This document shows positions 53,317 through 61,443 of a DNA stretch of 63,150 nucleotides, one piece after another (position 1 is the stretch's first letter; each line of letters starts with the position of its first letter). The translations under genes and the position numbers were made by a program. The stretch covers positions 3,726-66,875 of the forward strand of contig JBBDZP010000053.1 of NCBI GenBank assembly GCA_040900105.1, read 5' to 3'. The stretch is from Candidatus Levyibacteriota bacterium (GTDB lineage Bacteria > Patescibacteriota > Microgenomatia > Levybacterales > UBA12049). The notes beneath the pieces are model-generated. The model was given only the letters and a program-made list of their open reading frames with translations, was not told where the DNA came from and made no database searches.

Positions 53317-55603
53317 CAACAATTCCCAAAGCTCCTCCTAACGCTAGCCAAAGCCCTATTGTAAAACTTTGAGGCTGATACCTGAATTTTACCAAATGCT
53401 TTCCACTTGTGACCGGCACTGCGCGGAATGTGTAGTTTGCTCTTAAGATTGGAACATTCTTGCCGTCTATCTCTGCCTTCCACCCTCTGTAATAATTATC
53501 TGACAGAAATAGCAACCCCGGCCTGGCAGAGGAGACTTCAATGTCTATTTCGTTGGGCTTATATTTTTTTATCTCCGCCAGGCCAACACTTTCCAGAGAT
53601 TTTAAAATCTCTGGATTCTCTTCAAGAATAATCTGTTTTCTAAGATCTATATTTTCTGAAACAAGATGGGTTATTATTTTTTGAGGGTCCTCCTCTACTA
53701 CGTAATCACCTACTAAAAAGGCACGGGGGGAAACATCTCTGTTCTCATAAATTTTATATGCTCGCTCCTGGTATATCTGGGCAAACTGTCCCCCCGGGTA
53801 AGTCCATACGGGGAATGTCCACCCCGCACCATCGTCAGAATTTTTATGAACCACATATTTTGTCCCCAAAAGATCCATCATGGCTGAGGTATTAGGACTA
53901 TCTTTTGGAAACATGACAACAGAACGGGAAGACTGCCTCAGCTTTCCATCTGCAATTGACGCGGCAAATTCCCCATATCTTTTTATGTAAAGAGCATCAT
54001 ATCCTTCAAGCGAAGGCAGCCTAAAGTAAATTGAAGCTTCGCCTCCAAAATTACTCATAATCCTGTTGGGGCTTGAGATTTGAGAGAAAGCAGAAGCTAC
54101 CGGAAGATCTGCGAAAACCAGATTTTTCGGAGAAAATTCCTGCCATTTACTGACAAACCGCAACATATCCAGCGATACTAAGACTAGAAGAAGTAAACCG
54201 CAAGCGTAAATGAATTTTTTATTTAGAGCGGAAAGAAGCACTATGCCTACCCCGGAGAAAAAAACTAAGGTTGGCAACTTAAGATTATTTTTTGCAATTA
54301 CGGCTTTAAGCGCTGGGATGTGAAACTCCAGATATACCGCCGCCCACATTAGAGCAATTAATGCTGCGAGAATGGAAAAAAAGATTGCTATCTTTTTTAT
54401 TTTTTTATCCTTGAGATCTCTGATCAAGCCGTCAAATCCAAACGCTGACAAAACCGCAAACATAAAACTATAAACAACAACAATCCTACTTGCTGCACTT
54501 GTTGAAATCACAGGAACTTTAACCCAGACTAAAAGATCTGCCAATTTAGTGTCCAGAGCAAAAAGAAGCGCGGCGGTGCCTGCGACAAGGAAAAATAGCA
54601 TCTCTTTTTTCTTCTTTACCGTTATCGCGTAAAGGGCAAGTATCAAAGGGATGACTCCAATAAATCCATTCCACTCCGCATAGTGTCCAAACCAATCATT
54701 TCTTGTAACAGGATTGCCAAAAAAATCCGGAGCAAAAAGCGTAGGAAGATAAGAAAGAGGAATTACTTCTGCTTTTTGGAAATTACTACTCCTGAAGGAT
54801 TGTAAATAAAATTCTGTAGATGGTAATAGTTGCGGCATGACAAGCAAGAGTCCAAAACCAACAAACAGTGATGTTTTTAAAAAGCTGCTTGAGTCCTTTG
54901 TAACAATCAATTTATATAAAATATATACGATTGCAAAAAGGAGAAAGTAAATACTTATCTGAAAATGTCCGCTAAAAAAAGACAGGAGAATTGTAAAAGA
55001 CAAAAGTGTTAAGAATCTTATTTTCTTTGTATTGAAATATTTTTCAACTGCAAAAAGGGTAAGTGGAAGTGGAAGTATTGCATATCCAAGCGTTCCATAG
55101 CCCATCCATGAAGTCATGAAACCACAAAACATAAATGAAATAGAAGAAATTAGACTGGCAATCTCACTTCTTTTAAGCGCTCTCACAAAAACATACATAG
55201 AAAGTCCCGCAAGTAGAGGCTGAAGAAGTATCAGAATGCTCCATCCGTCAACAAAAGGAAATATGAAAAATAATAGGTTGAGTGGTGAGAGAACAGCCGA
55301 TTGATAATTAGCAAGAAGCGGTGTACCTGCAAAACTGTAAGGATTCCATAGGGGAACTTGTCCGCTCTTCCAAATCTCAATTGCCAAATGTCTCCATGGA
55401 TATATTTGAGTTATTACGTCAGGCATTGCGCCATTTTTCACCGGTCCGGCAAACTGAGGATATGCACTCCATGGGGCAAAATTATTCAATTGGTAACTTG
55501 CTGCAAATGGGGCTCTGCCTTGTAGAAAATAAGGATTTGCAAAAATAAACCATATTACAAAAATAAAAATTAGCGGCCAAAATCTTAAACACAATTTCTT
55601 CAT
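53276..55603 (-). CDS. YfhO-family GT-C membrane glycosyltransferase
   Basis: 775 aa. DVITQIYPW, VPLWNPYSFAGTPLLANYQSAVLSPLN and C-terminal YYRGWKAEIDGKNVPILRANYTFRAVPVTSGKHLV plus a final TM. Confidence 0.7.
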   Translation of the reverse strand: MKKLCLRFWPLIFIFVIWFIFANPYFLQGRAPFAASYQLNNFAPWSAYPQFAGPVKNGAMPDVITQIYPWRHLAIEIWKSGQVPLWNPYSFAGTPLLANYQSAVLSPLNLLFFIFPFVDGWSILILLQPLLAGLSMYVFVRALKRSEIASLISSISFMFCGFMTSWMGYGTLGYAILPLPLTLFAVEKYFNTKKIRFLTLLSFTILLSFFSGHFQISIYFLLFAIVYILYKLIVTKDSSSFLKTSLFVGFGLLLVMPQLLPSTEFYLQSFRSSNFQKAEVIPLSYLPTLFAPDFFGNPVTRNDWFGHYAEWNGFIGVIPLILALYAITVKKKKEMLFFLVAGTAALLFALDTKLADLLVWVKVPVISTSAASRIVVVYSFMFAVLSAFGFDGLIRDLKDKKIKKIAIFFSILAALIALMWAAVYLEFHIPALKAVIAKNNLKLPTLVFFSGVGIVLLSALNKKFIYACGLLLLVLVSLDMLRFVSKWQEFSPKNLVFADLPVASAFSQISSPNRIMSNFGGEASIYFRLPSLEGYDALYIKRYGEFAASIADGKLRQSSRSVVMFPKDSPNTSAMMDLLGTKYVVHKNSDDGAGWTFPVWTYPGGQFAQIYQERAYKIYENRDVSPRAFLVGDYVVEEDPQKIITHLVSENIDLRKQIILEENPEILKSLESVGLAEIKKYKPNEIDIEVSSARPGLLFLSDNYYRGWKAEIDGKNVPILRANYTFRAVPVTSGKHLVKFRYQPQSFTIGLWLALGGALGIVVISLFPKFLARKI

Positions 55604-56748
55604 TTTCTTATTATATATTTGCGAGCAGATTCGTATAATGCTTTCGTAGCAATAATATAAATAAATGGAAGCAATGGCATAAAATATCTAACAGAAACAT
55701 TTCCCACCGATAGTAGGGCGCAGTAGGAAATTATCCAGAATAAAATTATTTTGTCTGCATTCTCCAGTTTTTTCTTTAATATTTTCTCTAAGAAAAACAA
55801 TATTGAAAGAATTGTTGAAATGGGCCATGCGATTATCCATTGAACATCCGAAGATATTGCCCTATCTGCCCACCATGTATGCCACCTGTTAAAAATCAAG
55901 AGATCCCAAAATGAAAGTATAATTCCAATCTCTGATTTGTGATATGTATAAATATATTTTTGAATACTGAATACACTTAACAGAGCATAACCATCCATAA
56001 TTGTTTTAAAATATGAAGCAATTAAAACAGCTAGCGATATAGGCAAAGTGAGGACGAAAGCAAAAATTTTCCTAATATCTCTTTCTAAGAGAAGATATGC
56101 AATAAATGCTAAAAGAAGAAATGCACCCAAAATAAAAAATCTGGTACTAATAACTGCTCCCAACATAACAGATACTAAAATAAACCATCTCGTATAATTT
56201 TTACTCCTGTTTGCCCTAATAAAAAAATATAAAGCAAAGATTATAAAAGGTAATTGAATCGGTTCTATAAGAGGCAAATTAACTGCAGTATTCAAAAAAA
56301 GAGGTTCGTTTAAAAAAACAGCCAAAGGTACAAGCGCCAGCAGGCTATTTTTAAGACTTGCTTTTGCTATTAAAAAAACTCCAAAAGCAGAAAGACCCAA
56401 AAGAATAATTGAAGTTGTTATCGCATTATCAAAAATAATAATCGAGAGCCCGATTAAATATAAACCGAGTGGAGGCTGGTCAGATAAAACCAGAATAGGA
56501 TTAGCTCCTCTTATAAGCGCTCCTCCCGCATACGCTTCCATAGTCTGGTCTGGAATTATCCCCGGATTTATTTTTGTAACATACTGCGAAGTTTCATAAG
56601 CCCGCTTTAGAGGTTCGTATTGATAGTTTCTGTAAAAGAAAGGCTCCCTATTTTGATAAAGCAGTATCGCGGGCCTTATTAAAATTAGAATCAAAAAACA
56701 CAACGCAAATATATTAGTTTTGTTTATCTTTTTCTTTGGAGCTCCCAT
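55600..56748 (-). CDS. Short PMT/GT39-like polytopic membrane protein (GT-C candidate)
   Basis: 382 aa. The first loop, DQTMEAYAGGALIRGANPILVLSDQPPLGLYLIGLS, resembles the PMT DE...HPPLGK motif region. About 9-10 TM segments. Confidence 0.45.
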   Translation of the reverse strand: MGAPKKKINKTNIFALCFLILILIRPAILLYQNREPFFYRNYQYEPLKRAYETSQYVTKINPGIIPDQTMEAYAGGALIRGANPILVLSDQPPLGLYLIGLSIIIFDNAITTSIILLGLSAFGVFLIAKASLKNSLLALVPLAVFLNEPLFLNTAVNLPLIEPIQLPFIIFALYFFIRANRSKNYTRWFILVSVMLGAVISTRFFILGAFLLLAFIAYLLLERDIRKIFAFVLTLPISLAVLIASYFKTIMDGYALLSVFSIQKYIYTYHKSEIGIILSFWDLLIFNRWHTWWADRAISSDVQWIIAWPISTILSILFFLEKILKKKLENADKIILFWIISYCALLSVGNVSVRYFMPLLPFIYIIATKALYESARKYIIRK

Positions 56749-57473
56749 AATCTTGCATAGGTTATAAAAATGCTAAAAGCCTGATACATACTTTCTATGA
56801 GTCCGGCTGTACCAACTTTAAATCCCTTTTGTAAGATATAGTAGTCAACAAAAGTTGATACCATAACCCGTGGAAATCTCCACCAGGACATCTTGGGGTG
56901 CCCGGCATCATACCTTAGCTGTGCTTCTACCTTTGACCATTCTATGGTCTTTTTGAGCATTTGGGAAAGATTTCTGTGCGTATAGTGGAGCAAGAATCCT
57001 GACAGCTCCCCTGATTTTCCGGTGGCGATTGGACTTTCATGTAATTTTCCCTCCCATCCTTTAAGATTTTCTCTTCTGAAGAGTCTTTCCATTTTTTCAT
57101 GCTGCGGCCATTCATGATTTCCTAAATAGAAATTCTTTCTTATAACTTTGTACGTCGCAATTTCAGAATATTTGATATTTGATATTTGATATTTGATATT
57201 TCGAGCAAGCTCGCTCGTTACTCTTTCATCCGCATCTACGTAAAACGCCCAATCTCCCGTTACTTGCTTAAGTCCCACATTTCTAAGCTGCGAAAAGTCA
57301 CTGGAGTCGACTCTCACAACTTTTGCGCCCATTCTTTCTGCAATTTGAGGTGTTCTGTCTTCTGAAGCATTATCAACAACAATTATCTCATCGCAAAAAG
57401 AAAGACTATCCAAGCAGTCCGCAATTCTTTCCTCTTCATTCTTTGCAATTACAATCCCCGATATTTTATTCAT
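56724..57473 (-). CDS. GT2 glycosyltransferase (WaaE/KdtX-like type), paralog B
   Basis: ISGIVIAKNEEERIADCL, IVVDNASEDRT, VDADERV, FYLGNHEW and HYTHRNLSQM. The track ORF (to 57683) runs 210 nt into the upstream gene. The ATG at 57473 gives the canonical N-terminus with an 8-nt overlap. Contains a heptamer array. Confidence 0.8.
   Translation of the reverse strand: MNKISGIVIAKNEEERIADCLDSLSFCDEIIVVDNASEDRTPQIAERMGAKVVRVDSSDFSQLRNVGLKQVTGDWAFYVDADERVTSELARNIKYQISNIKYSEIATYKVIRKNFYLGNHEWPQHEKMERLFRRENLKGWEGKLHESPIATGKSGELSGFLLHYTHRNLSQMLKKTIEWSKVEAQLRYDAGHPKMSWWRFPRVMVSTFVDYYILQKGFKVGTAGLIESMYQAFSIFITYARLWELQRKR
57168..57201. repeat. Heptanucleotide tandem array (ATATTTG)x4.9 on the plus strand (coding strand ATATCAA), inside the GT2 gene
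   Basis: Four perfect copies at 57168..57195 plus atattt. Encodes NIKYQISNIKY. It occupies the same loop position as the array in paralog A (33278..33305). Confidence 0.9.
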
Positions 57474-58386
57474 TCTTATAACTCCCTTTCCCAAATTTCC
57501 CTTGGTAGAAATCCATAATTCCTTTTTTTTGCCATTTTCTTCCAGACCTAAGTAACCTTGCGCTTTCTCTAAGTAGTGCAAGTTTTGAACGCAGGGGAGC
57601 ATAGCGCATCCCAAACAACATTCTGTTACGCGTAATATAGTAATCCTGCAAAGGAGATCCTGATCCGCCTGCTGAGCCGGCATTTTTATGCCAGATTACT
57701 GCCTTAGGGGCGTATAATATCTTAATTCCCCTTTTTCTTGTTCTCTGAGACAAATCATTATCTTCATAATAAAGGAAGTATTTCTTATCAAACATTCCTA
57801 CTTTTTCCAAAGTTTTTTTTGTTATAAGCATACAGCACCCGCTAACGTACTCGGTTTCGCAAGTTTCGCTGTATTGTCCTTTGTCAATCTCATCAACGCC
57901 CCTATGGTACCCTATGACATTCTTCCATTCCATTTCGCCTCCCGCGTACCAAAAAATTTTCCCTAAGTCTTTTGGACTATATCTTTCTTTGTGATATTCA
58001 AATCCTTTCGCAAAATAGATCTTGGGACCAACAATTCCTGCTTTTGGGTCTTTTTCCGCAGCTTGAACCATTTCGTAAACAAAATTTTTGCTGAGCTCGG
58101 TATCGTTGTTTAAGATAATTACATAGTCTGCGCCGGCAGAAAGCGCATATCTAATCCCTACGTTATGTCCTTCTGCAAATCCCAAATTTTCGCTGTTTCT
58201 TATAAAAATGAGGGGAATATTTTTAAGAAAGTCTTTGTCGATATCGAACTTTTCCTCGGAAGCGTTGTCTATTACTACTACCGTTGCCTTAAAATCTTTA
58301 ATCTTGATTTTGTCTAGTTCCCGTAAACAAGCAAGGGTATTTTCTCTTCCGTTGAAGTTAATTATAGAAATGAAAACATTTTTCAT
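57466..58386 (-). CDS. GT2 glycosyltransferase (rhamnosyltransferase/WbbL-like type)
   Basis: VFISIINFNGRENTLACL, VVIDNASEE, ILNNDT and YYEDNDLSQR. Confidence 0.8.
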   Translation of the reverse strand: MKNVFISIINFNGRENTLACLRELDKIKIKDFKATVVVIDNASEEKFDIDKDFLKNIPLIFIRNSENLGFAEGHNVGIRYALSAGADYVIILNNDTELSKNFVYEMVQAAEKDPKAGIVGPKIYFAKGFEYHKERYSPKDLGKIFWYAGGEMEWKNVIGYHRGVDEIDKGQYSETCETEYVSGCCMLITKKTLEKVGMFDKKYFLYYEDNDLSQRTRKRGIKILYAPKAVIWHKNAGSAGGSGSPLQDYYITRNRMLFGMRYAPLRSKLALLRESARLLRSGRKWQKKGIMDFYQGKFGKGSYKNE

Positions 58387-59291
58387 TATTTGCGGAAAAA
58401 GGCTTTATAGAAGATTTTTTTGGCAGGATTTTTTGTGTTTTTAATTTTTTCATTTCTTAGCCAGAATTTTAATTCTTTGCTTGCGGTTTGCATCTCATGA
58501 GTCGTTTTTTGGAGAATATTTCCTTTCTCAATTTCAGAGAAACCCTGTTTTTCCCAAACAAAAGCAAAAACACACAAATGGTAAAATGCCATAAGAAGTG
58601 AGAGCATAAGTCCATGAAATCCATCTCTATAGCCCTCTTGAGCAAAGAAGCGTGCAAGAAATTCCTTTAGCGGAAATTTTATTGCGTCCGCGAAATTTAC
58701 TTTATATCCCTTATTTATCAACACTTCGGCCTCATTGGGAACATAAATATTGCTCATTTTGTACAGAAACTGGGAGACAGTTTGATAGTTGTAGTGAAGC
58801 ATGGGCTCAGAAAGAGTACCTACTTCTCCGTTAACCTTAACCATTTCGTGCACATGCTTTTCTTCGAATTTACCCTTTGCACGCCTAAACAACCGAAGCT
58901 GCGGATCCGGATACCAGCCCGTATGCTCTATCCACTTGCCAAAGATTATATTTTTTCTTGGAATAAAGTATCCATCAAACTTTCCTACGCTGACTTTTAG
59001 CACTTCTTTTATTTCTTTTTCAAGCTCCGTAGTCACTCTTTCATCGTCGTCCAGACACAATATCCATTCGCCTGTTGCTTTGGAAAATCCGTAATTCTTA
59101 TTTACGTTAAGCATTGGATTATTAGGACGATCGAAGATTTTCGAGGTATATTTTTTTGCGATTTCTACAGTTTTATCGGATGAAGAATTATCAACCAAAA
59201 TAATTTCATCGGCAAATCGGATCGATTTGAGGCAATCTTCAATTTTATCCTGTGCGTTATAGGCAGAGATAACAACAGAAAGTCTGGTCAT
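58386..59291 (-). CDS. GT2 glycosyltransferase (WaaE/KdtX-like type), paralog C
   Basis: LSVVISAYNAQDKIEDCL, ILVDNSSSDKT, LDDDERV, YFIPRKNIIFGKW and DGFHGLMLS. It has no heptamer array in the loop where paralogs A and B have one. Confidence 0.8.
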   Translation of the reverse strand: MTRLSVVISAYNAQDKIEDCLKSIRFADEIILVDNSSSDKTVEIAKKYTSKIFDRPNNPMLNVNKNYGFSKATGEWILCLDDDERVTTELEKEIKEVLKVSVGKFDGYFIPRKNIIFGKWIEHTGWYPDPQLRLFRRAKGKFEEKHVHEMVKVNGEVGTLSEPMLHYNYQTVSQFLYKMSNIYVPNEAEVLINKGYKVNFADAIKFPLKEFLARFFAQEGYRDGFHGLMLSLLMAFYHLCVFAFVWEKQGFSEIEKGNILQKTTHEMQTASKELKFWLRNEKIKNTKNPAKKIFYKAFFRK

Positions 59292-60746
59292 TTATTTTTG
59301 CAGATTTGCTTTGACCAACTTGAAATCTTCCACCATTTGGCTTCGGGCCAAAGCAAGCATTGTAAGAAAGTATATCACAACACCCAGTATAATCATAAAA
59401 ATAAGAGTTGGAAAATCTTTGACTACATGCGGACTAAGCAAGTACACAACTGTACCCATAAGTAATGCCGAAAACGCGGGGTAACCGGTAATTTTTACTA
59501 TACTAAAATTAATATGTTGCTTAACTAAATAAACAACACCTACAACAGAGGTGGCAATAATTGCCGACGCAATAGAAACACCATTAAATCCGTACATATA
59601 AATAGCTAACGGAGTTAAAATCCAGGTTGCGCCGGTCCAGAAAATCATTAGATAGAGCGTTGTTTTTATTTTTCCTATTGCGTTTAGAGCATTTGTTAGT
59701 GGCGTTGACACGCACGAGAGTGCTGCGTTCAGCGAAAAGAAGGCAAGAGAAAAAAGAGCCGGCTCCCATTTAATATACTTGGGAATTAGGTTTACAAAAT
59801 ACGGAGACATTACAACAAGGCCTATAAGGGCAGGAAAAACAATAAGGCATGAGGCAAATATAGCTTTCTCTATTCCCTTTCCGAGCGTTTCCTTTTCACG
59901 CTGAAGGCGGGAGAAGGACGGAAAAGTTATTCTTATAACATTGTCCATAACGAGCCGAAGCGGCATAAGTGCCCATTTTTGAGCAAAGCCGATATATCCT
60001 ACTTGCGCAAGAGGCAAGACTTTCCCGATATAGACTATTAGTAAGTCGTCTTTAAGGAGTGCCAGAAAGCTATTGGCTTGAAATGGAATTCCAAATGAAA
60101 GCAATCTTCTTGCCGCAGGCTTTGAGAAAGAAAACCCGATCCTCCATGGATTTATCAGGTAAATTGTGATAACTCCACCAATTCCTCTAAGAAGTACCGC
60201 AACCGCAAAGCTTAAAACTCCAAATCCCGCCATTGCGAGAACAACTGCGCTGATATTAAAAAGAAGTGTTTCTACGATTTGTGGGACAACAAGTTTCTCA
60301 AACCGCAGCTCCCTTTCCAAAATTATAGAGGGAATAGTTTTAAATGAAGACAAAAAAAATGCTACAACCAGTGCTCTAAGAAGCCATAAGCCGTTTTCTT
60401 CCAGATTATAGAAAGAGGCAATCGTCCCTGACAGAAGAAGAGCAATCGCACAAACAATAGTTACCAGAACTTGCTGAATCGTAAAAGTTGTTCTTAGTTC
60501 TTCCCGGGTCGGGGACTCCTTTTTTTGTATGAGTGCGGCAGCAAGGCCAATGTCAGAAAAGTAAGAAAGAAATGCAATTGCCGCAGAAACGACAAAGAAA
60601 ATTCCAAAAACAGAAGGAGACAAATAAATTGTAAGAAGAAGAGTAGAGACAAATCCTACTAATTGAACAAAAAAAGTCCTCGAGGTTAAGGCAAAAATTC
60701 CCCTTATGGATCTCTTCGTGACTAGAGCAATATCAACTTCTTCCAT
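59292..60746 (-). CDS. Wzx-like MOP-superfamily flippase (oligosaccharide/polysaccharide flippase family)
   Basis: 484 aa, about 12-14 helices. The N-terminal KRSIRGIFALTSRTFFVQLVGFVSTLLLTIYLSPSVFGIF...GLAAALIQKKE is typical of Polysacc_synt-type transporters. Confidence 0.7.
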   Translation of the reverse strand: MEEVDIALVTKRSIRGIFALTSRTFFVQLVGFVSTLLLTIYLSPSVFGIFFVVSAAIAFLSYFSDIGLAAALIQKKESPTREELRTTFTIQQVLVTIVCAIALLLSGTIASFYNLEENGLWLLRALVVAFFLSSFKTIPSIILERELRFEKLVVPQIVETLLFNISAVVLAMAGFGVLSFAVAVLLRGIGGVITIYLINPWRIGFSFSKPAARRLLSFGIPFQANSFLALLKDDLLIVYIGKVLPLAQVGYIGFAQKWALMPLRLVMDNVIRITFPSFSRLQREKETLGKGIEKAIFASCLIVFPALIGLVVMSPYFVNLIPKYIKWEPALFSLAFFSLNAALSCVSTPLTNALNAIGKIKTTLYLMIFWTGATWILTPLAIYMYGFNGVSIASAIIATSVVGVVYLVKQHINFSIVKITGYPAFSALLMGTVVYLLSPHVVKDFPTLIFMIILGVVIYFLTMLALARSQMVEDFKLVKANLQK

Positions 60747-61443
60747 AATGTAAATCTTTCCACAGGACCAAGCTTTCCCTTATTGCTCTTATTATTACCC
60801 TTGCATTTCCGCCGCTCTGGTTTCCGTATTTTCTTGGATAGTGTGACACCTGTGCTTGCTCTACTTTAAGATTTTTCTTTCTTGCTTTTGCCAAAATCTC
60901 CGTTGTTATCATTGCGCCTTCTGACTTAAGAGGCATAAGCTTTCTGAGTGCTTCCTTTCTAAAAAGCTTAAAACCACAGTCTATGTCTTTAAAGTAAAGA
61001 CCAAACAAAACAAAATCCCAGATTTTTAAAAGGTTCATTAAAACGTGTCTGAAAGGATGGTCTAGTCTTCTTTTTCTAAAGCCTATAACCATGTCCGCAT
61101 TGTTAATCTTGGCAAGTAGCCTGGAAACTTCACCAAAATCAAATTGTCCGTCGCCATCGATGAAAACTACAAGATTGTATTTTGCGCTTGAGAAACCATG
61201 CTTTAGCGCCGCCCCATATCCTCTGTTTCTGGGATCTGCAACAACAACCAGATGAGAATCTTTCTGGGCAAGTTCTTTCGCAATTTTGAGAGTACTATCA
61301 GATGAGCCATCATCCACCATAATAATTTCCCACTTTGAAGCTACTTTTTGGGCAACAGGAATGGCTTTTCTTACAACCTTTTCTATGTTTTCTTCTTCGT
61401 TCCAGAATGGGAAGAAAATTGAAAGCTCAGGAACCTTGTCCAT
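60733..61443 (-). CDS. GT2 polyprenyl-phosphate sugar synthase-like glycosyltransferase (DPM1/GtrB type), soluble form
   Basis: LSIFFPFWNEEENI, MVDDGSSDST, GYGAALKHG, FIDGDGQFD and DIDCGFKLF. Paralog of 131..838. Confidence 0.8.
   Translation of the reverse strand: MDKVPELSIFFPFWNEEENIEKVVRKAIPVAQKVASKWEIIMVDDGSSDSTLKIAKELAQKDSHLVVVADPRNRGYGAALKHGFSSAKYNLVVFIDGDGQFDFGEVSRLLAKINNADMVIGFRKRRLDHPFRHVLMNLLKIWDFVLFGLYFKDIDCGFKLFRKEALRKLMPLKSEGAMITTEILAKARKKNLKVEQAQVSHYPRKYGNQSGGNARVIIRAIRESLVLWKDLHYGRS

Noticed and set aside
52968-53483. 171-aa minus-strand ORF spanning the gap between the GT4 and YfhO genes
   Set aside because: Its sequence is Arg/Ser/Cys-rich and low-complexity with no recognisable motifs. 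It runs antisense to a small ORF with a convincing two-TM, DUF5652-like sequence, and it overlaps the real 3' end of the YfhO gene. I consider it a shadow ORF.
33270-57201. Whether the short tandem arrays could be CRISPR arrays or a dispersed mobile repeat
   Set aside because: The units are 7-14 nt, directly abutting with no spacers, and lie inside intact reading frames. No cas genes, leader or 25-40-nt repeat/spacer periodicity are present anywhere in the window.
57474-57683. N-terminal 70-codon extension of GT2 paralog B (track ORF 56724..57683)
   Set aside because: The extension lies wholly inside the upstream GT2 gene in another frame. It is Cys/Leu-rich with no homology to the paralogs, which begin right at the equivalent of ISGIVIAKNEE.
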